Source: a virus (taxonomy: Duplodnaviria; Caudoviricetes). From it: a DNA stretch of 40,483 nt. Each line of letters opens with the position of its first letter. Position 1 is the stretch's first letter. The DNA lies in IMG/VR virus record IMGVR_UViG_3300036796_000042, positions 1-40,483 of that record; one strand, given 5' to 3'. The notes below the pieces were generated by a model. The model was not told where the DNA came from, ran no database searches, and worked only from the letters and a program-made list of their open reading frames with translations. This document shows, piece after piece, positions 8,099 through 17,167 of the stretch. The translations under genes and the position numbers were made by a program.

Positions 8099-8313
8099 GT
8101 TGGCGCTCCTGCTTTTAAGTAAATTAGTAAAAGGCCCGAAGCCTTTGATTAATTCACTAACCCGTCTTGCCGACATCCTGTCTCGCCACGGTTCCGACGC
8201 ATGGTTTTAAGTCGCGCCGTTCGACTGTTGATACTCAGCGAATCATCCCGGTCTTCGTATGCCCCGGGCGGCTACTTCGTGGGCGTCCTGCCTGTTCGCT
8301 GTTGATGATATGT

Positions 8314-8364
8314 AGTTTAATCATTCAAACAAAACAGTCAAGCGTGATGTTTGAATTATTAAAC
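8314..8364 (-). promoter_or_regulatory. pL promoter with two repressor operators
   Basis: Minus strand has TTGACT (8341-8336)-16-TAAACT (8319-8314). Palindromes GTTTAA-N4-TCAAAC at 8315-8330 and GTTTGA-N4-TTAAAC at 8349-8364. Confidence 0.75.
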
Positions 8365-8381
8365 AAAAATGCAAGGGACGT

Positions 8382-8406
8382 AAAAAAACCAGCACTAGGC
8401 TGGTTT
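8382..8406 (-). terminator. Intrinsic terminator after cI
   Basis: AAACCAGC-loop-GCTGGTTT hairpin followed by a T run on the minus strand. Confidence 0.7.
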
Positions 8407-8437
8407 AAATATTTGAAGCGGAAATCCTTGCTGGGTC

Positions 8438-9091
8438 TTATAACAGGTCCATTTCTACACGCACGCAAACTCCGACAATTTCGCATGTGGAATCTATGAG
8501 AATTGGTTGAAAGGCAGGGTTCAGTGGCATCAAATACATATTTGGTCCGTCGATGGCAAGTTTTTTAACTGTAGTTTCATTGGTTCCATTAATGCGAGCA
8601 ACCACGATTCGGCCATTAACAGCCTCTACCTCTGGATCAACTATAACAATCGAACCATTGGGCAAAGATAGCCCGCTTCCTGATGGCGCTGACATTGAGT
8701 CGCCGGAGACACGCAAAGAAAATGAGTAAGGAGAAACCTTTGCAGTAGTTTCAATCCAATCAGTTACTTCATCCCAGTTGCCTTGAATCATCTCTTTCCA
8801 GTTACCTGCTTGTACAGATGAAATTAAAGGAACCCTACGTCTCAGATCAGGTCCTGGCTCGGCATTGCCTGTAGTTTCTTCGATTAATCCCCCTTCAGTC
8901 AGCCAACGTTCGCTAACACCAAGAACATCGGCAAGCTTGCTAATAAATTTTGCCGATGGCTCAGTTCCTCCGTTTACCCATTGGCTCACGGTACCCTTTG
9001 ATGCCCCAGTAGCAGCCATTAGATGGGTGCTCTTCAGCTTTAACGCTTTCATACGCCGCGCGATGCGGTCGCTCATGCTTTCTATGTTCAT
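8438..9091 (-). CDS. cI: CI-like repressor (HTH plus S24 autopeptidase)
   Basis: Cro/C1 HTH (ASKGTVSQWVNG), VQAG cleavage site, GDSM catalytic Ser and TVKKL Lys. Start is uncertain (9109, 9091 or 9076). Confidence 0.94.
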   Translation of the reverse strand: MNIESMSDRIARRMKALKLKSTHLMAATGASKGTVSQWVNGGTEPSAKFISKLADVLGVSERWLTEGGLIEETTGNAEPGPDLRRRVPLISSVQAGNWKEMIQGNWDEVTDWIETTAKVSPYSFSLRVSGDSMSAPSGSGLSLPNGSIVIVDPEVEAVNGRIVVARINGTNETTVKKLAIDGPNMYLMPLNPAFQPILIDSTCEIVGVCVRVEMDLL

Positions 9092-9155
9092 GTTTAAATA
9101 ATCAAACAAGGTGGTGTTTAATTTCTTGACTATTTTTGGTTTGAAGTATTAAACT
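9092..9155 (+). promoter_or_regulatory. oR operators and pR promoter
   Basis: Same palindrome as oL at 9092-9107 and 9139-9154, degenerate at 9116-9131. TTGACT (9126-9131)-18-TAAACT (9150-9155). Confidence 0.75.
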
Positions 9156-9186
9156 TATTTTCATTGTACTTACCTCGGAGAGGGAA

Positions 9187-9384
9187 ATGTTAAAGCGAGA
9201 TCTAATCACTCATTTCGGGACGGCCACTGCTGCTGCAAAAGCCCTTGGTGTTTCCAAGTCCACAGTAAGCCTTTGGAAAGAAACCATCCCTTGGCAATAC
9301 GCATTATTGGCCGAAAAGCAAACAAACGGTGTGCTGTCATATGACCCCAAATCATACGACAAGTCTAACGAGTTAGGTGCGTAA
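9187..9384 (+). CDS. cro: Cro-like regulator
   Basis: 65-aa HTH (AAAKALGVSKSTVSLW), divergent from cI. Confidence 0.9.
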   Translation: MLKRDLITHFGTATAAAKALGVSKSTVSLWKETIPWQYALLAEKQTNGVLSYDPKSYDKSNELGA

Positions 9385-9412
9385 CAGTAACCACAGAATC
9401 AAGGGGTTAACC

Positions 9413-9919
9413 GTGGGTAATCAACCAGAGTGGAAAGTCGAAAAGCAGCCTGCATGGCTGGTGGCCGCAATCAAAAAGACGATAGCGGAATTACCCGGCG
9501 GATATGCAGAGGCAGCTGAATGGCTGGATGTCACAGAAAACTCTTTGTTTAACAGGCTGCGTGCTGACGGTGACCAGATATTCCCCTTTGGGTGGGCAAT
9601 GGTTCTTCAGCGAGCTGGTGGGTCGCACCACATAGCTAACGCAATTGCGAAGGCTTCTGGTGGTGGATTTATCCCTTTTGCGGATATTGAAGAAGTAGAT
9701 AACGGCGACGTTAACCAACGCCTTATGGAATCCATTGAATGGATTGGCAGGCACTCTCAGTACATCCGTAAAGCTACGGCTGACGGGGTAATCGATTCCA
9801 CAGAACGCGCTCAGATTGAAGAGAACAGCTATCAAGTTATGACCAAATGGCAGGAGCACCTTGCTCTGTTGTTCCGGGTCTTCTGCGCCTCTGATGAGGT
9901 TTCCCGACCGCCAGACTAA
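9413..9919 (+). CDS. YmfL-family (CII-position) regulatory protein
   Basis: LPGGYAEAAEWL..LFNRLR and ADGVID motifs; GTG start at 9413 after AAGGGG. Confidence 0.8.
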   Translation: MGNQPEWKVEKQPAWLVAAIKKTIAELPGGYAEAAEWLDVTENSLFNRLRADGDQIFPFGWAMVLQRAGGSHHIANAIAKASGGGFIPFADIEEVDNGDVNQRLMESIEWIGRHSQYIRKATADGVIDSTERAQIEENSYQVMTKWQEHLALLFRVFCASDEVSRPPD

Positions 9920-9960
9920 TCAGTCTATGCCCGGCGTACAAAAGTGACGCAGGAGGGCTT

Positions 9961-10239
9961 ATGTATCAGGAACAAAATTTCCACGTGACGATGCCCACGG
10001 TTTTTACTCGTGAGGACGCCCCGTGGATTAAAGAGCAGTTAGCAACACTTCCGGCAGGAATGCGGGAAAAAATCGCGATGGCGTATGCGCAGGCATACCA
10101 GGAAGCGTTCGACGCTGAACCGGTGTCATTCCGGCAGCAGAACGCAGCACGACGGACAGCAAACCGGCGATTGCGAGAGTTTTGCACGAGGTACACCCCA
10201 GCAGTTAGGGGATTTACCTCGCTCCCGCCCAGGGTGTGA
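9961..10239 (+). CDS. Hypothetical phage protein
   Basis: 92-aa ORF with strong AGGAGG RBS. Confidence 0.7.
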   Translation: MYQEQNFHVTMPTVFTREDAPWIKEQLATLPAGMREKIAMAYAQAYQEAFDAEPVSFRQQNAARRTANRRLREFCTRYTPAVRGFTSLPPRV

Positions 10240-10400
10240 TTTTTTGAAACCGGGTTGGGGGAAAGGGGGCGGTGTTGGGTTTTAGCCCGAAGGGCTGGAA
10301 CAGCTTTACCAGAAGAGATCGATCTAACAGATAGATCACTGTATGGGGTTAAAACGTCGCGTGGAAATCTGGACGTTTAGCCTTCCAAAAGGAGATTAAA

Positions 10401-10676
10401 TTGATTTATTCAGACGCTAACGAAATATGGGCACCTGTCCCAGTTGAGCTTTATTCCAAAGCTTATGAAGTCAGCAACCTTGGGCGTGTTCGCAGTATTC
10501 CACGTCTGGCTAACTCTGAATATTTTATACGCCATATCCACGGCGGTTTTCTGAAAGGCCGCATGCGCAAGGACGGAACCAAAACCGTTACGTTGTCTGT
10601 TCAGCGTCAGCGCGAAAAGTTTGTAATTGCTGATTTGGTAGCAAAAGCATTCGGGGAGGTATCCACCAATGCTTAA
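10401..10676 (+). CDS. NUMOD4-domain protein without HNH nuclease domain
   Basis: EIWAPV....YEVSNLGRVRS motif; ends at LVAKAF before any HNH motif; AAGGAG RBS with TTG start. Confidence 0.75.
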   Translation: MIYSDANEIWAPVPVELYSKAYEVSNLGRVRSIPRLANSEYFIRHIHGGFLKGRMRKDGTKTVTLSVQRQREKFVIADLVAKAFGEVSTNA

Positions 10677-12198
10677 CATCCAGCCGCGAGAAAAACAGAT
10701 CGTCGCACTCAATATGCTGCGTAGCGCATGGAAGCAAAATAATTCATTCATGCTCTATGCACCGGTTGGTTTTGGTAAAACGGCTATTGCGGCCCTGATC
10801 ACTGACGGATTTGTTAGTCGTGAGATGCGTGTAATGTTTGTGGCACCGTACACCGTTCTGCTAGACCAAACCGCAGCGCGATTCATGGAATACGGCCTTC
10901 CTGGTGAAGAGATCAGTTACGTGTGGCGAGATCATCCGTCCTACAACCCTAACGCACTCATCCAGATTGCCAGCGCTGATACGCTTATCCGTCGAGAATT
11001 CCCGGAAAATATCGACCTTCTGATCGTTGATGAAGCCCACCTTAAGCGCAAAAAGCTGCTGGAAGTTATCGACAATCTCACCCGCAACACTGCAACGAAG
11101 GTGATCGGCCTATCCGGTACCCCGTTTGCTAAATTCCTGGGCAATTACTATCAGCGCCTAATCAAGCCGACGACGATGAAAGAGCTGATCGCCATCGGCG
11201 CTTTGAGCAAATATGAATTTTACGCGCCGTCACATCCCGATCTTTCAGAAGTGGAAACGTCATACGTTGCTGGCTATGGCAGCGACTACAAAGAAGGCCA
11301 GCTAAGCAAAGTTATGAGTGAAGCCAAGCTTGTTGGCGACATCGTGAAAAACTGGCTTGAGAATGGCGAAGACCGCCCGACGATATGTTTTTGTGTCGAT
11401 GTCGCCCACGCAAATTATGTCACTGTTGAATTTGCCAGCGCAGGTGTTGCGGTTGAAGTCATGACAGCAAGCACACCACATGACGAACGTCAGCTGACGA
11501 TCCGCCGCTTCGAGCAGGGCATTACAAAAATCATCATCAACGTTGGTGTGCTTGTGGCCGGGTTCGATAGCGATGTTCGTTGCATCATTTTTGCCCGCCC
11601 AACAAAAAGCGAAATGCGCTGGATTCAGATTCTGGGACGTGGATTGCGCGCAACCCCTGGCAAAGACCACTGCCTAATCTTCGACCACACCGGCACGGTT
11701 AATAAGCTTGGCTACCCGGATGATATTGAATACGACTATCTGCCTTCATCCTCTGATGGCATGGAAGAATCCCCGCAGCGAGCCGTAAAGGCTGACGAGA
11801 CAGAAAAATTACCGAAAGAGTGCAGCCAGTGCCACTACGTCAAACCCGCGGGTGTTTACATCTGCCCGAAGTGTGGCTTTAAACCGCTTGCTGGCGAGGA
11901 CGTAGAAACCGACAAATCTCGCGGACTGAAAAAGGTAAGCAAAGCGGAAGTTAAATACACCGCAGAGCAAAAACAATCCTGGTGGTCCCAAATTCTTTTC
12001 TATCAGCGAACCCGAGCAGCGCAGGGACGCCCGGTCAGTGATGGCTGGTGTGCGCATACCTACAAACAGAAATTTTCCGTATGGCCTAGGGCGTTACACA
12101 ACACTCCGCAGCAAATAACCCCTGAAGTAACGAATTTCATTAAATCAAAACAGATCGCCTTTGCGAAGAGAAAAGAGAAACAAGGAGAAGCGGCATGA
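10669..12198 (+). CDS. Superfamily II DEAH helicase with C-terminal zinc ribbon
   Basis: APVGFGKT, DEAH, SGTP, QILGRGLR and CSQC..CPKCG. Confidence 0.93.
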   Translation: MLNIQPREKQIVALNMLRSAWKQNNSFMLYAPVGFGKTAIAALITDGFVSREMRVMFVAPYTVLLDQTAARFMEYGLPGEEISYVWRDHPSYNPNALIQIASADTLIRREFPENIDLLIVDEAHLKRKKLLEVIDNLTRNTATKVIGLSGTPFAKFLGNYYQRLIKPTTMKELIAIGALSKYEFYAPSHPDLSEVETSYVAGYGSDYKEGQLSKVMSEAKLVGDIVKNWLENGEDRPTICFCVDVAHANYVTVEFASAGVAVEVMTASTPHDERQLTIRRFEQGITKIIINVGVLVAGFDSDVRCIIFARPTKSEMRWIQILGRGLRATPGKDHCLIFDHTGTVNKLGYPDDIEYDYLPSSSDGMEESPQRAVKADETEKLPKECSQCHYVKPAGVYICPKCGFKPLAGEDVETDKSRGLKKVSKAEVKYTAEQKQSWWSQILFYQRTRAAQGRPVSDGWCAHTYKQKFSVWPRALHNTPQQITPEVTNFIKSKQIAFAKRKEKQGEAA

Positions 12199-13178
12199 AT
12201 ACCAAGCTGAATACCAAAAAAGCAGCAATAGGTCGCTGGGCAGAAATTTATAAACACTTTGGGCTTCCTGGTGTTACCGGGAAAAAACATTGGCCTAAAG
12301 AGTGTCCAGTATGCGGACGGAAAGGGAAATTCCGCTGTGATGACAAGGATGGAACCGGGTCTTATATCTGCGTGTGCGGTTCTGGTGATGGCTGGGCGCT
12401 GCTGGCGGCAAAAACAGGGAAGGAGTTTAAGGTTTTGGCATCCGAAGTGGATGAGCTGATCGGCAACGAATATACCTCTGACCGTACAACCATAAACCCG
12501 GCGCGTACATCACTGGCACAACAACGTGAGAAGGTCAGCCGGAAGTTTGCAAAGCTTATCCCGCTACGCGGAACCAGCGCAGACAGCTATCTGAAAGAGA
12601 GAGGAATTAACTCTCTTCCAAATGAGAACGTCAGATTCTGCGACAAACAGCCAGCAGATGGTAAAAACCTCCAGGCTATTTATGCGCTGGCGACCGATGA
12701 CCGCGGCGAGCTGTGTTATCTGCATCGCACGCTGCTGGATGGTGAGAAAAAAGCGCAAACAGGTGGGACAGCCAAGAAGATGATGAAGCTACAGGAAGAT
12801 AGCTATCTGGAGTTTGCTAAATCAGTCGCTATCCGCATGTTTCCGACAGCCTCCACGCTGGGCATTGCCGAGGGAATAGAAACCGCCCTGGCCTGCCATC
12901 AGATCACGAAGTGCCACACCTGGGCAACGATGAACACTGCTTTCATGAAAAAGTTTCGGGTTCCTGCTGGTGTTCGCAACCTCATTATCTTTGCCGACTC
13001 CGACGCTAACGCTGCCGGACATGCCGCCGCTTTTGAATGTGCTACCGCAAACCTGCACGCAAAGAACGATCTGGAAAGCGTCTCTGTCCGCTGGCCTGCG
13101 CAGGGAGACTTTAACGATCTGCTGGCTAATGGTTCTGAAGTTTTTGAATGGGTATTTCACCGGGGGATGAAGCAGTGA
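12195..13178 (+). CDS. DNA primase (Zn finger plus TOPRIM)
   Basis: CPVCG..FRCDD..CVCG zinc finger, IAEGIETA, IFADSD and GDFND. Confidence 0.9.
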   Translation: MNTKLNTKKAAIGRWAEIYKHFGLPGVTGKKHWPKECPVCGRKGKFRCDDKDGTGSYICVCGSGDGWALLAAKTGKEFKVLASEVDELIGNEYTSDRTTINPARTSLAQQREKVSRKFAKLIPLRGTSADSYLKERGINSLPNENVRFCDKQPADGKNLQAIYALATDDRGELCYLHRTLLDGEKKAQTGGTAKKMMKLQEDSYLEFAKSVAIRMFPTASTLGIAEGIETALACHQITKCHTWATMNTAFMKKFRVPAGVRNLIIFADSDANAAGHAAAFECATANLHAKNDLESVSVRWPAQGDFNDLLANGSEVFEWVFHRGMKQ

Positions 13179-13792
13179 AGAAGCCAGCAATGTCAAAAAT
13201 GAAGGTGTACAAATCGAAGAAATGCGCCAATTGCGACGAATTATTCACACCAGCCCGCAACCTTCAAAAGGTTTGCGGTCCTCTATGCGCTATCGCCTAC
13301 AACCGTGCGGTTAAAGCTCGAAAGGCAGAGGCTGACAGAAAGGGAAAGCTGAAGATGCGCAAGAAAGCGCTGCTGACCCGAGGGGATTTTATCAAGAAGG
13401 CCCAGACTGCCTTTAATGCTTTTATCCGCGAACGCGACGAAGGCAATCCTTGCCCATCTTGTGGCACCTATCACCCGCCGATGATCTTTGGTGGTCAGTG
13501 GGATTGCGGCCACTTCCTCGGGGTTGGAGCTCGTCCGGAATTGCGTTTTGAAGAAAAGAATGCTTACCGCCAATGCAAGGCGTGTAACGGTGGGGCTGGC
13601 AGATTCGCAGCTAAGAACGCAACAGTACATGCCCGCTACCGAGAAACGCTGATCGAGTGGTACGGACTTCCGCTGGTGGAATGGCTGGAAGGCCCACACG
13701 AAGCGAAGCATTACGCCATAGAAGACCTGGAAGAAATCGCGGCTAAATACCGCCGTAAAACCCGCGAACTAAAAAAGAAGAGGGCTGCATGA
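13175..13792 (+). CDS. ninG: NinG/Rap recombination endonuclease
   Basis: AQTAFNAFIRERD, CPSCG, WDCGHF, RQCKACN and WLEGPH motifs. Confidence 0.9.
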   Translation: MKKPAMSKMKVYKSKKCANCDELFTPARNLQKVCGPLCAIAYNRAVKARKAEADRKGKLKMRKKALLTRGDFIKKAQTAFNAFIRERDEGNPCPSCGTYHPPMIFGGQWDCGHFLGVGARPELRFEEKNAYRQCKACNGGAGRFAAKNATVHARYRETLIEWYGLPLVEWLEGPHEAKHYAIEDLEEIAAKYRRKTRELKKKRAA

Positions 13793-14433
13793 ATTACGAA
13801 CTTATCTACTGTGATCCGCCGTGGGAATACGGCAATAAAATTAGCAACGGTGCAGCCTGTAATCATTACAGCACGATGAGTATTGATGACCTGAAATGTC
13901 TTCCCATTCGAAAATTGGCTGCTGCTAACGCTGTGCTGGCGATGTGGTACACCGGCACCCATAACCGGGAAGCGGTAGCCCTTGCTGAGTCCTGGGGATT
14001 TCGTGTCAGAACGATGAAAGGCTTTACCTGGGTCAAACTGAATCAGAACGCCGCAGACCGGTTTAACAAGGCTCTCAACGGTGGCGAGCTGGTGGACTTC
14101 GACGACCTGCTGGAAATGCTGGACCGCGAGACCCGGATGAACGGCGGCAACCACACCCGTAGTAACACCGAAGACGTGCTGATCGCTACACGAGGGGCGG
14201 GCCTACAACGAGCCAGCGCATCGGTAAAACAGGTTGTACATACCTGTCTGGGCGAACATAGCGCGAAGCCATGGGAGGTCAGGAACCGACTGGAACAATT
14301 ATACGGGGATGTGAAAAGAATCGAACTATTCGCTCGGGAAGAATGGAAAGGATGGGACTGCTGGGGAAACGAATGCAACAACAGCGTTGAAATTATTACA
14401 GGACAAATAAAAGAGGTGAACGCCAATGATTAA
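13789..14433 (+). CDS. MT-A70 family adenine methyltransferase
   Basis: DPPW catalytic motif, FTWVK, HSAKP and IELFAR. Confidence 0.9.
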   Translation: MNYELIYCDPPWEYGNKISNGAACNHYSTMSIDDLKCLPIRKLAAANAVLAMWYTGTHNREAVALAESWGFRVRTMKGFTWVKLNQNAADRFNKALNGGELVDFDDLLEMLDRETRMNGGNHTRSNTEDVLIATRGAGLQRASASVKQVVHTCLGEHSAKPWEVRNRLEQLYGDVKRIELFAREEWKGWDCWGNECNNSVEIITGQIKEVNAND

Positions 14434-15004
14434 TCCATCTGAAGTTGGGAAAAAAGGCGAACTAATTCGCCTAAAAACTCTTGATAGCCTCTGGATTCAA
14501 GGAAAACTCCGCATGTGGGGGCGCTGGTCCTATATTGGCGGTGGTTCTGGCGGGAACATGTTTAACCAACTGCTGGCAACCGGAAAAATCACCAAAACAG
14601 CGATCAATGATGCTCTTCGGCGTATGAAGAAGTCAGGCATCACCAGGCCCGAGCTTGAGATGTTCTTTCGCGAAATACTGGAAGGAAAGAATAAAAGTAA
14701 CCTGGCATTCTGCACTGATGAAGAAGCGCTGATTATGAATTCCGTTCTTTGCAAGATACTCGTTCAGTCAGGCCATAAAAGTTTATACGGGTTAATAGCG
14801 GATCGTTACATCAAGCGCCTCAGCAAAAAGGCGATGGCTCGCGATTTAAACAAAAAAAATCCTGAATGGTGCTTGCGCACATGTGAAACCAGAATTGATG
14901 TTTGGCTAAATCTTGCAGAATCGATGCTTTACGCACCAATGTGTGACGCATTCGGCACAAATAGCGACAGATTTTACTTGAAAGGTTGCGCGGAAAGTGC
15001 TTAA
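14426..15004 (+). CDS. Late antiterminator, Q-like (DUF1133-type)
   Basis: LRMWGRW motif and C-terminal HTH; lies immediately upstream of terminators and the lysis genes. Confidence 0.75.
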   Translation: MINPSEVGKKGELIRLKTLDSLWIQGKLRMWGRWSYIGGGSGGNMFNQLLATGKITKTAINDALRRMKKSGITRPELEMFFREILEGKNKSNLAFCTDEEALIMNSVLCKILVQSGHKSLYGLIADRYIKRLSKKAMARDLNKKNPEWCLRTCETRIDVWLNLAESMLYAPMCDAFGTNSDRFYLKGCAESA

Positions 15005-15056
15005 ATTGTGATAAGCTCGGGACGTTAAATCGAACTGAGCAACAGAACAAAACATT

Positions 15057-15114
15057 AACCCGCCATCAGTGCGGGTTTTTTACTTTTAAGGGCTGCCTAC
15101 GGGCGGCCTTTTTT
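15057..15114 (+). terminator. Tandem intrinsic terminators (tR'-like) before lysis genes
   Basis: AACCCGC..GCGGGTTTTTT and GGCTGCC-TAC-GGGCGGCC-TTTTTT. Confidence 0.75.
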
Positions 15115-15162
15115 GTTTCCCCTCGTACTGAGAGGACTCACGGCAATTTAGAGGGGGGCTTA

Positions 15163-15552
15163 ATGGCCGCTGATCCAATTTCCGGCACCGGGTTAGTCGG
15201 TGTTGCCCTGACTGGGGCAAGTATCTATGGACTGCTAACCGGAACTGATTACGGTGTGGTATTTGGCGCATTTGCAGGAGCTGTATTTTACATAGCAACG
15301 GCATCAGACCTGAGCGCAACCCGCCGCTTAGCGTATTTCGTCGTGTCTTATATCGCTGGAGTTCTCAGCTCCGGGCTTGTGGGTTCGAAGTTAGCTTCAT
15401 GGACTGGTTACAGCGATAAACCTTTGGACGCCATCGGTGCCGTAATCATTTCTGCATTAGCCGTAAAAATCCTGACGTTCCTGAATAATCAGGATGTCGG
15501 CTCGCTGGTGGCGCTGATAACGCGCCGGGGAGGTTCAGGTGGTACTAAATGA
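15163..15552 (+). CDS. Putative holin
   Basis: Multi-TM protein, first in the lysis cassette; ATG at 15163 after GAGGGGG. Confidence 0.75.
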   Translation: MAADPISGTGLVGVALTGASIYGLLTGTDYGVVFGAFAGAVFYIATASDLSATRRLAYFVVSYIAGVLSSGLVGSKLASWTGYSDKPLDAIGAVIISALAVKILTFLNNQDVGSLVALITRRGGSGGTK

Positions 15553-15820
15553 CCCAACAGCAACTATTAACGCGCTGCTTTGCGTCGGGGCAGTGATAAC
15601 TCTGATGTTTTACCGCCGTGGAGATTCCCGGCACCGCCCTTGGGTTTCGCGCCTGGCATGGCTAATCACTGTTACCTACAGCGCAGTACCCTTGGCCTAT
15701 CTCTGTGGCATTTACCCGCACTCATCCTGGGCCACTATCGGGGCCAACATTATTTTTCTATCCGTGCTGGTGGCCGTCAGAGGCAACGTTGCGCGACTTG
15801 TTGATCATCTGAGGCACTAA
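15539..15820 (+). CDS. Second holin/antiholin-family membrane protein
   Basis: Three hydrophobic segments, YRRG..RHR motif and RGNVA end. Confidence 0.75.
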   Translation: MVLNDPTATINALLCVGAVITLMFYRRGDSRHRPWVSRLAWLITVTYSAVPLAYLCGIYPHSSWATIGANIIFLSVLVAVRGNVARLVDHLRH

Positions 15821-16434
15821 TGAATCAATCACAATTTCAGAAGGCGGCTGATATAAGCGCCGGGTTAGCCACGCGCTGGTTTCCGCATATCGCCGCGGCG
15901 ATGAGAGAATTCGGCATTACTTCACCGGCAGACAAGGCGATGTTTATCGCCCAGGTTGGGCATGAGTCGGGCGGCTTTACCGCAGTAGCGGAGAATCTGA
16001 ACTACACCCCGGCGGCGCTGGTGTCCACGTTCGGCAAGCGCATAACTCAGCAGCAGGCCGACGCGCTCGGCAGAACGACGACACATCCGGCCCGGCAGGA
16101 CGCTATCGCGAACCTGGTGTATAGCAAGCGCCTCGGCAACAGCGCCCCAGGCGATGGCTGGAAGTATCGCGGGCGCGGCCTGATTCAGATTACCGGCCTT
16201 GATAATTACCGCACCTGCGGCGCCGCGCTGAAGCTCGACCTTGTGACTTCGCCGCAACTACTGGAACAGGAGTTGCACGCCGCACGCTCAGCAGCATGGT
16301 TTTACACGTCAAAAGGCTGCATGGCATATGGCGCTGATGTAAATCGAGTGACGCGCATTATCAACGGCGGACTAAATGGCATCGACGACCGCAAGCTACG
16401 CTACAACAAAGCGCGTGCGGCGCTGCTGGTATGA
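15820..16434 (+). CDS. Endolysin, glycoside hydrolase family 19
   Basis: AQVGHES, ENLNY, YRGRGLIQITG..NY and TRIINGG.NG motifs. Confidence 0.93.
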   Translation: MNQSQFQKAADISAGLATRWFPHIAAAMREFGITSPADKAMFIAQVGHESGGFTAVAENLNYTPAALVSTFGKRITQQQADALGRTTTHPARQDAIANLVYSKRLGNSAPGDGWKYRGRGLIQITGLDNYRTCGAALKLDLVTSPQLLEQELHAARSAAWFYTSKGCMAYGADVNRVTRIINGGLNGIDDRKLRYNKARAALLV

Positions 16435-16886
16435 CGTTCTTCAACTGGAAAACCTTCGCTGTTGGCATGCTGATTGTGATGATGTTCGCGACAGGCAAAA
16501 TAGCATCACACGAAAAGAAGCGTGCCGACGCCGCTGAGTCAAACCTTGCGCGAGCCACCAGCACTATTGCCGATTTAACTACCCGACAACGCGACGTAGC
16601 CGCCCTCGATGCGAAATACACCGGAGAACTACAAATTGCTCATGCGACTATTGAAGTGTTGCAGCGCGATGTTGCTGCTGGCGATAAGCGGCTGCACATC
16701 AACGCAACTTGCAAGCCAGTGTCCAAACCCACCAGCGCCGCCGGCGTGGATGATGCAACCGGCCCCGGACTTACTGACGCCGCTGAACGGAATTATTTCG
16801 ATCTCCGACAACGAATCGAAACCAGCGGGAAAATGATTGCTGGGTTGCAGGACTACATTAGGCAGCAGTGCTGGAGGGGAAATTGA
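16431..16886 (+). CDS. rz: Rz-like i-spanin
   Basis: N-terminal TM, AALDAKYT, RLHINATC and GLQDYIR..C. Confidence 0.9.
   Translation: MTFFNWKTFAVGMLIVMMFATGKIASHEKKRADAAESNLARATSTIADLTTRQRDVAALDAKYTGELQIAHATIEVLQRDVAAGDKRLHINATCKPVSKPTSAAGVDDATGPGLTDAAERNYFDLRQRIETSGKMIAGLQDYIRQQCWRGN
16642..16836 (+). CDS. rz1: Rz1-like o-spanin lipoprotein embedded in Rz
   Basis: +1 frame inside Rz, lipobox ISGC and Pro-rich CPNPPAPPAW. Confidence 0.85.
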   Translation: MRLLKCCSAMLLLAISGCTSTQLASQCPNPPAPPAWMMQPAPDLLTPLNGIISISDNESKPAGK

Positions 16887-17113
16887 ACGTAGAGAACTTG
16901 GCTAAAGCCTATCACCTGAAGAATCATCTTAATGAGCTCGAACGGCAGAAAGAAACAATCGGCGGTGGCGGCGGGTTGGGTATCACTATCCAGTCAGCCT
17001 ATCAGGACGCCGATTTCATTGAAGCCATCAGGCCAGCAGCTATGGCTGAACTTGATAAGCGCATAAACGCGAAGAAAGCCGAGCTGGCAAAACTTGGCGT
17101 TACTTTCAATTAA
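16883..17113 (+). CDS. Hypothetical protein
   Basis: ORF after Rz; TTG start after GGAGGGG overlaps the Rz stop. Confidence 0.6.
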   Translation: MNVENLAKAYHLKNHLNELERQKETIGGGGGLGITIQSAYQDADFIEAIRPAAMAELDKRINAKKAELAKLGVTFN

Positions 17114-17167
17114 ATGTATCCGGCATTACAGCAGGCATTCACTGAGTGCCTGTGATAATGTCAAATC

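Noticed and set aside
7409-8499. Plus-strand ORFs 7409-7726 and 8167-8499
   Set aside because: They run antisense across the pL promoter, operators and structured leader, with no recognisable motifs.
14986-15162. N-terminal extension of the holin in the ORF track
   Set aside because: It runs through the late promoter and terminator region. ATG 15163 has the RBS.
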